Virus record (IMG/VR): IMGVR_UViG_3300032240_001991
Span: 33,128 to 97,127 of that record
Reading direction: 5' to 3' (one strand)
Origin: a virus
DNA: 64,000 nt
Shown here: positions 55,583 through 64,000 of the stretch, in pieces
Layout: each line of letters opens with the position of its first letter
Position numbering within the stretch: position 1 is the first letter of the stretch
Notes under the pieces: model-generated
What the model saw: the letters and a program-made list of their open reading frames with translations, nothing else
Databases searched by the model: none
What the model was told of the DNA's origin: nothing
Made by a program: the position numbers and the translations under genes

Positions 55583-55908
55583 TCTTAGTTACTCAAAATG
55601 CCGCTGATTATATCCAAAAAATCCTCAAAGAGGAAGGCGATAATTTAGTATTAAGAATTAGCGTTAAGGGCGGTGGCTGTTCTGGATTTAAGTACGATTT
55701 TTCTTTGGTAGACCCTACTTGGATAAATTTGGAAGAATATGTTCTTGTAGAGTCTGCCGGAGTGAAAGTAATATTAGACACAATAAGTGGACAATACCTA
55801 GAAGGTTCTACTTTAGATTTTAAGAAGCGTTTGTTCAGCAGTGAATTTGTTTTATATAATCCCAAAGCACGCAATACCTGCGGATGCGGCAATAGTTTTT
55901 CAGCATGA
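55579..55908 (+). CDS. IscA/HesB-family iron-sulfur cluster insertion protein
   Basis: ISVKGGGCSGFKYDFSL and C-terminal CGCGNSFS. Confidence 0.8.
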   Translation: MILVTQNAADYIQKILKEEGDNLVLRISVKGGGCSGFKYDFSLVDPTWINLEEYVLVESAGVKVILDTISGQYLEGSTLDFKKRLFSSEFVLYNPKARNTCGCGNSFSA

Positions 55909-56150
55909 AAAAATATCGTAGGATAGCGTCTTGGACTTTGCGTATACGTCCTAAGGAAGAATATCGTTTTGATGAATTGGGAGAAGTAATACTAGCTCCT
56001 GATATAGGTTCTCCCTTTTTGCATTGGTACACTCCTAATAATAAACTATCCGCTACTACTACACTAGACGAACACATGGTAGTATCTACTCCGGTCCGTA
56101 TAGTAAATGGGTCTGACGATTTTATCTTAGTAAATGTTATTGAAATCTAA
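55905..56150 (+). CDS. hypothetical small protein
   Basis: 4-nt overlap with the IscA-like gene. Confidence 0.35.
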   Translation: MKKYRRIASWTLRIRPKEEYRFDELGEVILAPDIGSPFLHWYTPNNKLSATTTLDEHMVVSTPVRIVNGSDDFILVNVIEI

Positions 56151-56155
56151 CATGG

Positions 56156-56184
56156 TTGACATTACTGGTAAAATCTCTTATACT
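56156..56184 (+). promoter_or_regulatory. sigma70-like promoter (TTGACA-N17-TATACT)
   Basis: ggTTGACAttactggtaaaatctctTATACT, 32 nt before the ligase ATG. Confidence 0.55.
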
Positions 56185-56215
56185 CTTAACTCATTAAACA
56201 AACACAGAGAGATCT

Positions 56216-57517
56216 ATGTATCAAATTATTCGTGAACTTGAAGCAGATAATAGCCGTTTGGCTAAAGAAGCTATCATTAAGCGTGAAGCTGACGCGGGCA
56301 ACGAAGAATTCTTTGAAGGTTGTCGCTTGGCTTTAGATAATTTAGTTAGTTTTGGGGTCAAGCAGGTTCCTAAACATAGTGGCCCAGATGGGCAAGGTCT
56401 GCCGTGGGCAGCATTTGTTCAGTTGGCCGGTAGCCTGTATCGTCGCGAACTAACTGGGCATGATGCTCGAGATGCAATTGAACTTGCACTCACTGTCAGT
56501 ACACAGGCACAATGGAATGATTGGTACCGTCGCATCCTTATTAAGGACTTGCGTTGCGGTGTTAGTGAGAAGACTATTAACAAATGTGTTAAGGATACTT
56601 CAATTAAACCTGTTCCTGTTTTTGAGTGTATGCTAGCACATGATGGTGCTAATCACGAAAAGAAGATTGCGGGTAAGAAGCTGCTGGAACCTAAGCTTGA
56701 TGGCGTGCGTGTTCTTACGGTCGTTAACATGGATAACCGTACTGTAACACAATATACTAGAAACGGCAAAGTGCTAGAAAACTTTGGACACATTACCAAA
56801 GCAATTGAAGAAAATATTGATCTTTTTGGTCGTAGCCTCGTGCTTGACGGAGAGATGATCAGTACCAGCTTCCAAGCTCTTATGAAGCAGGTACATCGCA
56901 AAGACAATGTCAAAGCAGACGATGCTGTGTTGATGCTATTTGACATCTTGCCACTCACTGAGTTTCAGGCAGGCAAGAGTGTACTTGGACAACGCCGCCG
57001 CAGTAATCTGTTGAAGAGTTTTAAGCCAGTGTTTGATAAAATTGGTAACATTGGAGTCATCACGCAAACAGAGGTTGATCTCAACGAATTTGCAGGTGAC
57101 CTGCTGTTTAAAGAATTTAACAAGAAGGCAATTGAAGATGGCTTTGAGGGCATCATGATCAAAGATTCAGAAGCCAAGTATGAATGCAAACGTTCAACGT
57201 CTTGGCTCAAGCAGAAACCATTTATTGAAGTTAGCCTTACAGTAGTTGATATTGAAGAAGGCACTGGGCGTAACGAAGGTAAATTAGGCGCACTGGTCTG
57301 CGAAGGTGAAGATGATGGCAAGAATATTAAGGTCAATGTTGGGTCTGGATTCACTGACGATGATCGTGCAGGCTTTTGGCCAGAACGTGATTTTATGAAA
57401 GGTCAGGTAGTTGAAGTTCGCGCTGATGCTATTACCCAAAACCAAGACGGCACTTATAGTCTACGCTTCCCGCGCTTTCTGCGTTTCCGTGGATTTGCTG
57501 TAGGAGAAAAAATCTAA
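56216..57517 (+). CDS. ATP-dependent DNA ligase
   Basis: Motif I EPKLDGVRVL (KxDG), LDGEMIS, EGIMIKD. Confidence 0.8.
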   Translation: MYQIIRELEADNSRLAKEAIIKREADAGNEEFFEGCRLALDNLVSFGVKQVPKHSGPDGQGLPWAAFVQLAGSLYRRELTGHDARDAIELALTVSTQAQWNDWYRRILIKDLRCGVSEKTINKCVKDTSIKPVPVFECMLAHDGANHEKKIAGKKLLEPKLDGVRVLTVVNMDNRTVTQYTRNGKVLENFGHITKAIEENIDLFGRSLVLDGEMISTSFQALMKQVHRKDNVKADDAVLMLFDILPLTEFQAGKSVLGQRRRSNLLKSFKPVFDKIGNIGVITQTEVDLNEFAGDLLFKEFNKKAIEDGFEGIMIKDSEAKYECKRSTSWLKQKPFIEVSLTVVDIEEGTGRNEGKLGALVCEGEDDGKNIKVNVGSGFTDDDRAGFWPERDFMKGQVVEVRADAITQNQDGTYSLRFPRFLRFRGFAVGEKI

Positions 57518-57741
57518 TGGACAAATGCCCTCAAGTAGAAATTATGGAGCTTAAAGAAAAGCTTGACGAATTTCATGCACACGAAGCACTAGATCGTGTG
57601 CATATAGTAATGATAATGATTGACGAAATTTTATCAAAACATCCTTATATTGAAGAAGATAAGGATATTAAACAGGCTATTGAAGATGCTGCCGATCATC
57701 TTGCAAAAGCGTATCAGCTTATCGGTCAAAAACATTTATAG
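57517..57741 (+). CDS. hypothetical small protein
   Basis: Start overlaps the ligase stop. Confidence 0.4.
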   Translation: MDKCPQVEIMELKEKLDEFHAHEALDRVHIVMIMIDEILSKHPYIEEDKDIKQAIEDAADHLAKAYQLIGQKHL

Positions 57742-57756
57742 GAGTTTAAGACGACA

Positions 57757-57975
57757 GTGGCGAAAGAAGAAGCGATTCAGTTAGAAGGTTTTGTTGAAGA
57801 AGTATTACCCAACGCAATGTTTCGGATAAAGATCAACGAGAAACACCAAGTTATTGCAGTCATCTCTGGAAAGATGCGGCAACACAAGATTCAGATCCTT
57901 ACTGGTGATAAAGTCAAAGTAGAAGTTAGCCCTTACGATCTTAGCAAGGGCCGTGTTACTTATCGCGAAAAATAA
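57757..57975 (+). CDS. infA: translation initiation factor IF-1
   Basis: [70 protein letters not shown] is near-identical in pattern to bacterial InfA (S1/OB fold). Confidence 0.9.
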   Translation: MAKEEAIQLEGFVEEVLPNAMFRIKINEKHQVIAVISGKMRQHKIQILTGDKVKVEVSPYDLSKGRVTYREK

Positions 57976-57983
57976 TATGTACT

Positions 57984-58505
57984 TTAGGGTTCTAAACCCA
58001 AATAACTAAGCCAACTGTGGTGCACATTATCAAACGGTAGACGCTTGCGATGTTCAACTAACTGAAAGTAGCTGGGCTTTGCAGGCGCCTTCTTAGGACG
58101 AATACGGTGATTGTTACCCTTTCGTGCATTGCATCCTGCGCAAGCACAGACAGTATTTTCGTAAGTAGACCTTCCGCCGTGACTAATTGGCAGTACGTGA
58201 TCTAGAGTAGCAGTTTTATCTGTTACTTTAATACCGCAGTACTGACAAAGATAGTTGTCACGAATGAACACATTCTTTTTACTGTAACGAGCATAACTCT
58301 TTTTCTTTTCAAAAGTCTTAAGAATCATTACAGAAGGCACACGAGTTTGCCAGTTAGCAGAGTGCACAACCCAGTCTTCGTGCCATTCCAATACAGTAGC
58401 CTTATCTAAAACCATATAGATAACGCTCTCTTTCCAGGAAAGAGTTGAAAGAGGAAGCATTGAAACTGGATTGCCGTCTGCGTTTAGTAGAAGTGTAGCT
58501 GACAT
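57984..58505 (-). CDS. HNH endonuclease
   Basis: CQYCG...LDHVLPISHGG...NTVCACAGCNARKGN. Confidence 0.8.
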   Translation of the reverse strand: MSATLLLNADGNPVSMLPLSTLSWKESVIYMVLDKATVLEWHEDWVVHSANWQTRVPSVMILKTFEKKKSYARYSKKNVFIRDNYLCQYCGIKVTDKTATLDHVLPISHGGRSTYENTVCACAGCNARKGNNHRIRPKKAPAKPSYFQLVEHRKRLPFDNVHHSWLSYLGLEP

Positions 58506-58631
58506 ATATTACATTACTCGTATTTATCGTAACTAATAAACCGTAATTTTAACTGGTTTTACTCTTTTTAGCAACAAATTTTTTTACCAAACAGTTGAAT
58601 AAATATCTGTTATAAGCTAGGATTCAAATTA

Positions 58632-61598
58632 ATGACCATACTCTATATCAATACGGGGACATCAGCGAACGCAGGAAACGGTGATGTTTTAAGAACGGCA
58701 TTTTGGAAAGTAAATCTTAATTTTTCTGAAATTCAATCAATTCTTAACGGCGGTGGTGGAAATGGCAGCATTATACAGAGTTCTACTCCTCCGGTTACAA
58801 CATCAACTAGTACACTTTGGTATGATACAGTAGGTGGTCGTAGCTATGTTTACTACGATCAAACTTGGGTAGATGCGAGTCCTACTGCCGATCCTGTAGA
58901 TTTATCAGCCGTACACACTGATATAGTTCCTATTACAGATAACACTTATAGCTTAGGATCGCCTTCTAATCAGTGGAAGCACATATTTGTATCTACCGGG
59001 TCAATTTACTTAGGTGATGTTAAACTGAGTACAGACAATGGACAGTTACAGATACAAACTGTAAATTATTCTTATAATACAAGTACCGGTCAAATTACAA
59101 CAGAAACAGTGACCTCTGCATATGCAGCACCAACAACAGTACCAAGTTTTACAGTAACAGATACTCTGCAAGTAGGCACTATTGTATTTTCTTCCGACGG
59201 TAGTTCTCAAACTACGGCAGGAGGTGCAGGAACGCTATCTATCAAACCAGATATAGTTAGTTACGGTGTTGGTACATATTATAGCCCATCCAACCTAGGA
59301 TTTACGGTAGTTAATAATCTTAATGAAGATGACATGGTACATACAATTTCACTGCCGTTTACTATGAACTTTCTTGGTAATACCTGTACCGAAGTAAAGT
59401 TAGTATCTAACAGTTATATTACATTTGGACCTACTGTTATAGAACCTTATTATTTTACACTAGGTCCAGGTAAACCCAACGTTCCTGCAATATTTGTAGG
59501 CGCACGTGATAATAGCTTACAAAAATACTATTACGGTACAGCAACTGGTACTAACGTATTTGTTATAGGCTATGCAGGAAGTGCAGACACTGGAGGTAGC
59601 ACAACTACCCAAACTGTTTTATGGGAAGCACAATTTTCATATGTTGACGGAGTTGCTGATACCGTTTCAATTACTATGGGAGACACTAGCCCAAATTTCC
59701 CCGGTGGTGTATGGGGCGTAAGCAACGGAGCTGAATGGGTAGATATGATTAATCCTCTACCTTGGTACGGTGTTGTAGGAGGAGAAGGAGATTTCTACCG
59801 TACTGCAACAGTTAGTCCGGGTGCAAATATTAACAACGGTACTGTTGCGTTTACTGGTCCGGGTGTAAACATTATTAATAGCAGTAGTGTTACCTATATC
59901 AATATTAATCCTTTTGACAATATAATTTCTTTAGGCCTAGATAACGACAACAGCCAAAGTGTTATTAGTAGTGTATATTACGGATTGAAGCTCACTACAG
60001 CAGAGGAAGGCAACGCCATAGATATTTCTCCTCTGGGGAATTTAAATCTACATGCAGGTAATAAATCTTTAAACCAACCAGGTAACGGCTTTAATACAAA
60101 CATCAATGGCGGCGATGGTGTTGCATCTGATACAACTGACTATAACGGGGGTAGTGTATACCTTCGTGGCGGTAATGCTGCCAACGCAGGAACTCCGGGC
60201 TCAGTAGTAGTAACATCTAATAGCAAGAATTGGGAATTTCACCCTTCGGGAAGTTTACATCTTTCTACTTCAACATTTACAGGCGCACAAGAGTCTGATA
60301 CATTTGTTGTGCCTACATTAGCACTAGGAACCAACGACAAGAGTGTTGGCATTACTAATGCAGTATCTACAAATGCTAATCGCGGCGGCTATGCTATAGT
60401 GATCCAAGGGCAGCGCGGCTTTGGAGACTGGGGCACTACAGGGTGGGGCGGCGACGGATCAAGCATTTTAATCAATGCAGGTGTAGGCGGAGAGTCGTCT
60501 ACCAATGATCAAGGCGGTGAAGGTGGTAATATTGAAATCCATGGTGGAGTAGGACAAAATGGACGAGATGGCGGTGACCTTAATCTAATTGCTGGCAATG
60601 CTAGATGGAGTGGCGGAACTAACAATGTAACTGGTGGACATGTATGGCTCACTGCAGGTAGCGCATTGTCAGGAGAAGGTGTAGCTGCAAATAAAGGTTA
60701 TGGTGGAGATATTCGCATATATGCGGGTATTGGTAATACAGTTAGCGGAAACATTAACTTCTATACCAGCAACAATAACAGTTCACCGAATCTTCAATGG
60801 GCACTAACTAGCAATGGCAGTACAGTATATCCAAGTGGATTAGCCGTAGTACCTATTTCAGTATTTTATCCAGGAGCACCATTTAGCGGCACTATAGTTT
60901 CTCAAACTACTGGATCAATGTTGCAGATAGTAGCACAAGGTACCGATGGTTCAGCAGCAATTGGTTGGGCAGAAAACCCTAGCTTAGGGGGAAAAGTAGC
61001 AGCTATTAACTTTAACAGTGTTGCTAATAGTGTTAATGTTACTGCAGGTTCGTATACCGGTACGTTATATTATTGGACGTTCCAAGATAACGGCATAACT
61101 GCTATTCCGGGAGAAATTAGTTCTGCCGCTGGTACTGGTAATGTTGTAATTAATGCTAGCAACGGTACAACAAGCACGTGGACATTTGGCGGAGACGGCA
61201 ATTTAACATTACCTATAGGCGGTGGTATTAAGTCAACAACTAATCATTATTCCAGCACCGCTAGTGGAACAATAATCAACGCTACTGTGATTAGTACTGG
61301 TAGTTCAAAAGTATTCTTAGAACCCGGATCCGGTATAAGTGCTTCTTATCAAATAGGCGATGGTCTCTACGACGGACAAGAAATAAAGTTTTACCCGTCA
61401 TTAGTAGCTGGAATATCACAGTTTGATGTACAGAGCATTTACGTTTTTGTATCTAAGATATATAACATAGGCACAACAAGTACCTCTCTACCTTGGTATC
61501 CATTTGGCACCTATTTTAACGGCGCAACAACAACTCCGTCTCTTACATGGGATGGAGTAAATCAGTGCTGGATATTAAATCCGTGGAACTGGGATTAA
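58632..61598 (+). CDS. large tail fibre / structural protein (988 aa)
   Basis: Thr/Ser/Gly/Asn-rich beta-type composition. Confidence 0.55.
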   Translation: MTILYINTGTSANAGNGDVLRTAFWKVNLNFSEIQSILNGGGGNGSIIQSSTPPVTTSTSTLWYDTVGGRSYVYYDQTWVDASPTADPVDLSAVHTDIVPITDNTYSLGSPSNQWKHIFVSTGSIYLGDVKLSTDNGQLQIQTVNYSYNTSTGQITTETVTSAYAAPTTVPSFTVTDTLQVGTIVFSSDGSSQTTAGGAGTLSIKPDIVSYGVGTYYSPSNLGFTVVNNLNEDDMVHTISLPFTMNFLGNTCTEVKLVSNSYITFGPTVIEPYYFTLGPGKPNVPAIFVGARDNSLQKYYYGTATGTNVFVIGYAGSADTGGSTTTQTVLWEAQFSYVDGVADTVSITMGDTSPNFPGGVWGVSNGAEWVDMINPLPWYGVVGGEGDFYRTATVSPGANINNGTVAFTGPGVNIINSSSVTYININPFDNIISLGLDNDNSQSVISSVYYGLKLTTAEEGNAIDISPLGNLNLHAGNKSLNQPGNGFNTNINGGDGVASDTTDYNGGSVYLRGGNAANAGTPGSVVVTSNSKNWEFHPSGSLHLSTSTFTGAQESDTFVVPTLALGTNDKSVGITNAVSTNANRGGYAIVIQGQRGFGDWGTTGWGGDGSSILINAGVGGESSTNDQGGEGGNIEIHGGVGQNGRDGGDLNLIAGNARWSGGTNNVTGGHVWLTAGSALSGEGVAANKGYGGDIRIYAGIGNTVSGNINFYTSNNNSSPNLQWALTSNGSTVYPSGLAVVPISVFYPGAPFSGTIVSQTTGSMLQIVAQGTDGSAAIGWAENPSLGGKVAAINFNSVANSVNVTAGSYTGTLYYWTFQDNGITAIPGEISSAAGTGNVVINASNGTTSTWTFGGDGNLTLPIGGGIKSTTNHYSSTASGTIINATVISTGSSKVFLEPGSGISASYQIGDGLYDGQEIKFYPSLVAGISQFDVQSIYVFVSKIYNIGTTSTSLPWYPFGTYFNGATTTPSLTWDGVNQCWILNPWNWD

Positions 61599-61601
61599 TC
61601 T

Positions 61602-62348
61602 ATGCTAACAGTTAATCCGGGTGTAATAATTAACCCAGGTGTAACCTTAACTGCACCCAAGATCCTTCCTCCTGTCTCTGCTGGGTTACAATTATATTTA
61701 GATGCTGGCAACGTTTCAAGTTATCCAGGATCAGGAACAACATGGACTGATTTAATTAATAGCAAAGAGTTTACACTTTATAACGGTACTAGCTATAGTA
61801 GCAATAACGGCGGATATATAGAGTTTGATCCAGCTAGCGAACAGTATGCTGAAGCTACTAGTCTCGCAACCGGATTAGCTAATTGGACTGTTGAAGCCTG
61901 GCACTACTATGCAGGAACAAATAATAATACTACTGATGGCGGAAATAGTGCCTGTATTGTTACAGAAATCTTTGCAGGTAGTCCAATTAATTTTACATTA
62001 GGAAATTGTACAGATAGTTTCCCTAATTTACAAGTAGGGCATTGGGACGGCAGTAGTTTCTACCCAACTCCGCCAGGACATGTCCTTACAGCAGGTCATT
62101 GGTATCATCTAGTAGGAACATTTGACGGAACAGCGCATAGATTATATATCAACGGCGCTCAAGTGGCCAGTACAGAAACAACTGCTCCTGCTTATAGTAG
62201 TGGTGTTGGTATTAGATTAATGCGTCGATGGGATGCTCGTAACTACTGGGGTGGTAGATTGTCGATAGTGCGTATATATGACGCAAGCATTGGAGACGTA
62301 GGTGTATTGCAAAACTACAAAGCAGACCGCGAACGGTTTGGTTTATAA
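61602..62348 (+). CDS. LamG/concanavalin-like fibre-associated protein
   Basis: Immediately follows the large fibre gene; resembles the N-terminal region of 45662..47299. Confidence 0.45.
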   Translation: MLTVNPGVIINPGVTLTAPKILPPVSAGLQLYLDAGNVSSYPGSGTTWTDLINSKEFTLYNGTSYSSNNGGYIEFDPASEQYAEATSLATGLANWTVEAWHYYAGTNNNTTDGGNSACIVTEIFAGSPINFTLGNCTDSFPNLQVGHWDGSSFYPTPPGHVLTAGHWYHLVGTFDGTAHRLYINGAQVASTETTAPAYSSGVGIRLMRRWDARNYWGGRLSIVRIYDASIGDVGVLQNYKADRERFGL

Positions 62349-62936
62349 TCTAATACCTTCCGCAGCTAGCTGTTGACAGGTTTTACATTTGCCGCATGGC
62401 TGTATACTATTTTCACCGTATACTGGCGTACGACAGCTCCAAAACATATTTCTAAGTGACTCCGGCAACCCGTCATATATCTCACGCTTGCTCATATTGA
62501 GCACAGGATAGATTTTGGTTACCACAGTAAATGCCGCCAGTATCTTATCAGCTCGTACACGACGTTCATTTAAACTGTGATTAGCGTCATTGGCATTCAT
62601 ACCCATAGCAACATGTTTGATATTAGGATTCACGCTACAGATATAGCCAGCAAAGAAGTTCATGCTGTCAGTATCATACATGAACTGTTTATTATAAGGT
62701 TGTGATGCTATTTGACTTTCGCTGTATATAAAACTATAACCTAATTGTTCTAGCTCTTTAAGAGCAAGCTCTACTGCAATGGCTTCTGCACGGTCTCTAT
62801 GCTCAATATTTTGATTATGCACATGATGTACGTGAATTACATAATCTTTATATTCAGGTGCAGTTAATAATTTGTATACCATGCCTAGGCTATCAAGACC
62901 GCCCGAGTACATAGCTAGTATTTGTGGTTGTTCCAT
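62343..62936 (-). CDS. queC: 7-cyano-7-deazaguanine synthase QueC
   Basis: PP-loop ILAMYSGGLDS; C-terminal zinc site CRTPVYGENSIQPCGKCKTC; start trimmed to M33. Confidence 0.75.
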   Translation of the reverse strand: MEQPQILAMYSGGLDSLGMVYKLLTAPEYKDYVIHVHHVHNQNIEHRDRAEAIAVELALKELEQLGYSFIYSESQIASQPYNKQFMYDTDSMNFFAGYICSVNPNIKHVAMGMNANDANHSLNERRVRADKILAAFTVVTKIYPVLNMSKREIYDGLPESLRNMFWSCRTPVYGENSIQPCGKCKTCQQLAAEGIRL

Positions 62937-63508
62937 ATGTAAAATGAATAGACGTCGTTGACCTCTATCTCCTGTGGTTGTGGCGTAAGTTCGTGTGCGC
63001 GAGGAAAATATACAGCATATTTGGCTGGCCAACTGGCTCTTAGAAATGTACGGGCTACAAAGCGATCACAGTGTGCTAACACTATTGGCAACAATCGAGC
63101 AGTAAACTCTGCCCCAAATGCTAGTCCTCCGTCAATGATAATAGTATCAAAGTGTTCGTTGATTTCAAACCAATCTTTATTTTTAAGCTTTTCGTTAGCG
63201 TATTTGGGCTCTAAATCCCACGCTTCAGTAGCTAGCGGCAATAATAACTGTGTACTACCTAAAAGTAATACACGACCATAGGCGTACTGTTCAAACACCT
63301 TATAATCTTTGTCGTTAGGCGAAGCTGGCCACTTCAAGTTAGTCCAGTATTCATTATCTGCGTGTATTTTATGGTCAAGCACAAGACTGTTATTTATGGA
63401 TGACAAACGGTAAATATTAGATAAAATTGTCACACGAGAAAGAACTATGCCCTTAAATTTTCCTCCTAACCCTTCTACTGGTACACAATATGCTTCTACT
63501 AGTGGCAT
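62915..63508 (-). CDS. hypothetical protein (197 aa)
   Basis: Intact ORF upstream of queC. Confidence 0.35.
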   Translation of the reverse strand: MPLVEAYCVPVEGLGGKFKGIVLSRVTILSNIYRLSSINNSLVLDHKIHADNEYWTNLKWPASPNDKDYKVFEQYAYGRVLLLGSTQLLLPLATEAWDLEPKYANEKLKNKDWFEINEHFDTIIIDGGLAFGAEFTARLLPIVLAHCDRFVARTFLRASWPAKYAVYFPRAHELTPQPQEIEVNDVYSFYIWNNHKY

Positions 63509-64000
63509 AACTTACATCTACGACGGTGCTAAGTGGATTGGGCATGCGTCAACGCTGTTGCCAGGCACTAACGCAATTACCAATGTTGGATACGTAGTAC
63601 AGGTTACTAACACGGGTAGTGTAATGGTTCCGGTAGGTGCACAAATTATAGACGAAAATGGTGATCCTGTTTATGGTCCAAGGGGCTACACTGGTAGCCA
63701 AAGTAACTCTCTTAACGGAAGGCCTTTTGTTGTTCTAAATACTTCAACAGGAGTTCTTTTAAATTCAATTACTAGTGCCACAATACACGACTTTTACCAA
63801 ATTGACTCTATACACTTTAGCGATGGAACTGTTCAAACTAGAGCAGCAAGAACTGATCAAGACTTATACACTACTAGCACCGTAACATTTGCAACTGTTA
63901 CTGCAAATAAATTTATTGCAGCAGAAGGTGCTACTGGCACACCGCCAATTGGTTATACATTCTACGGTGATCCAACTACCGGTATGTACTCTCCTTCGCA
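63447..64000 (+). CDS. tail-fibre-like protein (partial, runs off the window)
   Basis: Open frame from ATG 63447 to the window end; N-terminus MPLNFPPNPSTGTQYA matches that of the collagen-like protein at 47303..49264. Confidence 0.5.
   Translation, partial: MPLNFPPNPSTGTQYASTSGITYIYDGAKWIGHASTLLPGTNAITNVGYVVQVTNTGSVMVPVGAQIIDENGDPVYGPRGYTGSQSNSLNGRPFVVLNTSTGVLLNSITSATIHDFYQIDSIHFSDGTVQTRAARTDQDLYTTSTVTFATVTANKFIAAEGATGTPPIGYTFYGDPTTGMYSPS

Noticed and set aside
1-64000. Integrase, transposase, IS elements or prophage att sites
   Set aside because: No tyrosine or serine recombinase motifs, DDE signatures or flanking direct repeats were seen. The tRNAs are intact and internal, not truncated attachment sites.

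Overview
This window reads as part of a large virulent phage genome of a bacterial host; no integrase, transposase or CRISPR array is visible. It falls into three blocks.

- 1-18.5 kb, AT-rich (about 35% GC), mostly plus strand. A T7-gp4-like primase split from a DnaB-family helicase. A nucleotidyltransferase and a 5'-deoxyribonucleotidase. A triad of tandem AAA+ ATPase, HExxH-motif protein and vWA/MIDAS protein. An LRR-like protein. A translationally coupled array of three tandem paralogs. A TylF/MycF-like methyltransferase cluster. A flavodoxin-like FMN reductase.
- 18.6-41.3 kb, markedly GC-richer (about 50-55% GC).
  - A plus-strand unit with two A/Q-rich paralogous ORFs sharing a conserved leader, and a csrA-homolog operon with a recognisable sigma70 promoter and intrinsic terminator.
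  - About 17 kb of minus-strand micro-operons of small genes: SPFH/prohibitin, 2OG-Fe(II) oxygenase, FeoA-like, P-loop ATPase, many small acidic, membrane and zinc-binding proteins.
  - Almost every minus-strand unit is preceded by the same roughly 65-nt promoter-plus-leader cassette: TTGAC(A/T), a 17-nt spacer containing TGGTAAAACCTGC, TATAGTA, then ACACAGCAAGGAG about 7 nt before the ATG.
  - The block ends in tRNA-Lys, tRNA-Leu and tRNA-Met and two ORF-free, structured, promoter-bearing stretches.
- 41.3-64 kb, AT-rich again. A micro-gene operon. Tail-fibre, collagen-like and LamG-like structural genes on the minus strand interleaved with sulfotransferase-like and GT9-like enzymes. Then SOD-like protein, IscA/HesB, ATP-dependent DNA ligase, IF-1 (infA), an HNH endonuclease, more tail fibres and QueC.

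Further points:
- Homologous genes at 16170..16982 and 41359..42075 bracket the GC-rich block.
- A 12-nt motif, CAGCGGGGTATT, recurs 9 times in one orientation.
- A hairpin repeat pair lies in the convergent gap after the csrA operon.

All calls rest on ORF structure and sequence motifs read by eye. No database search was possible.
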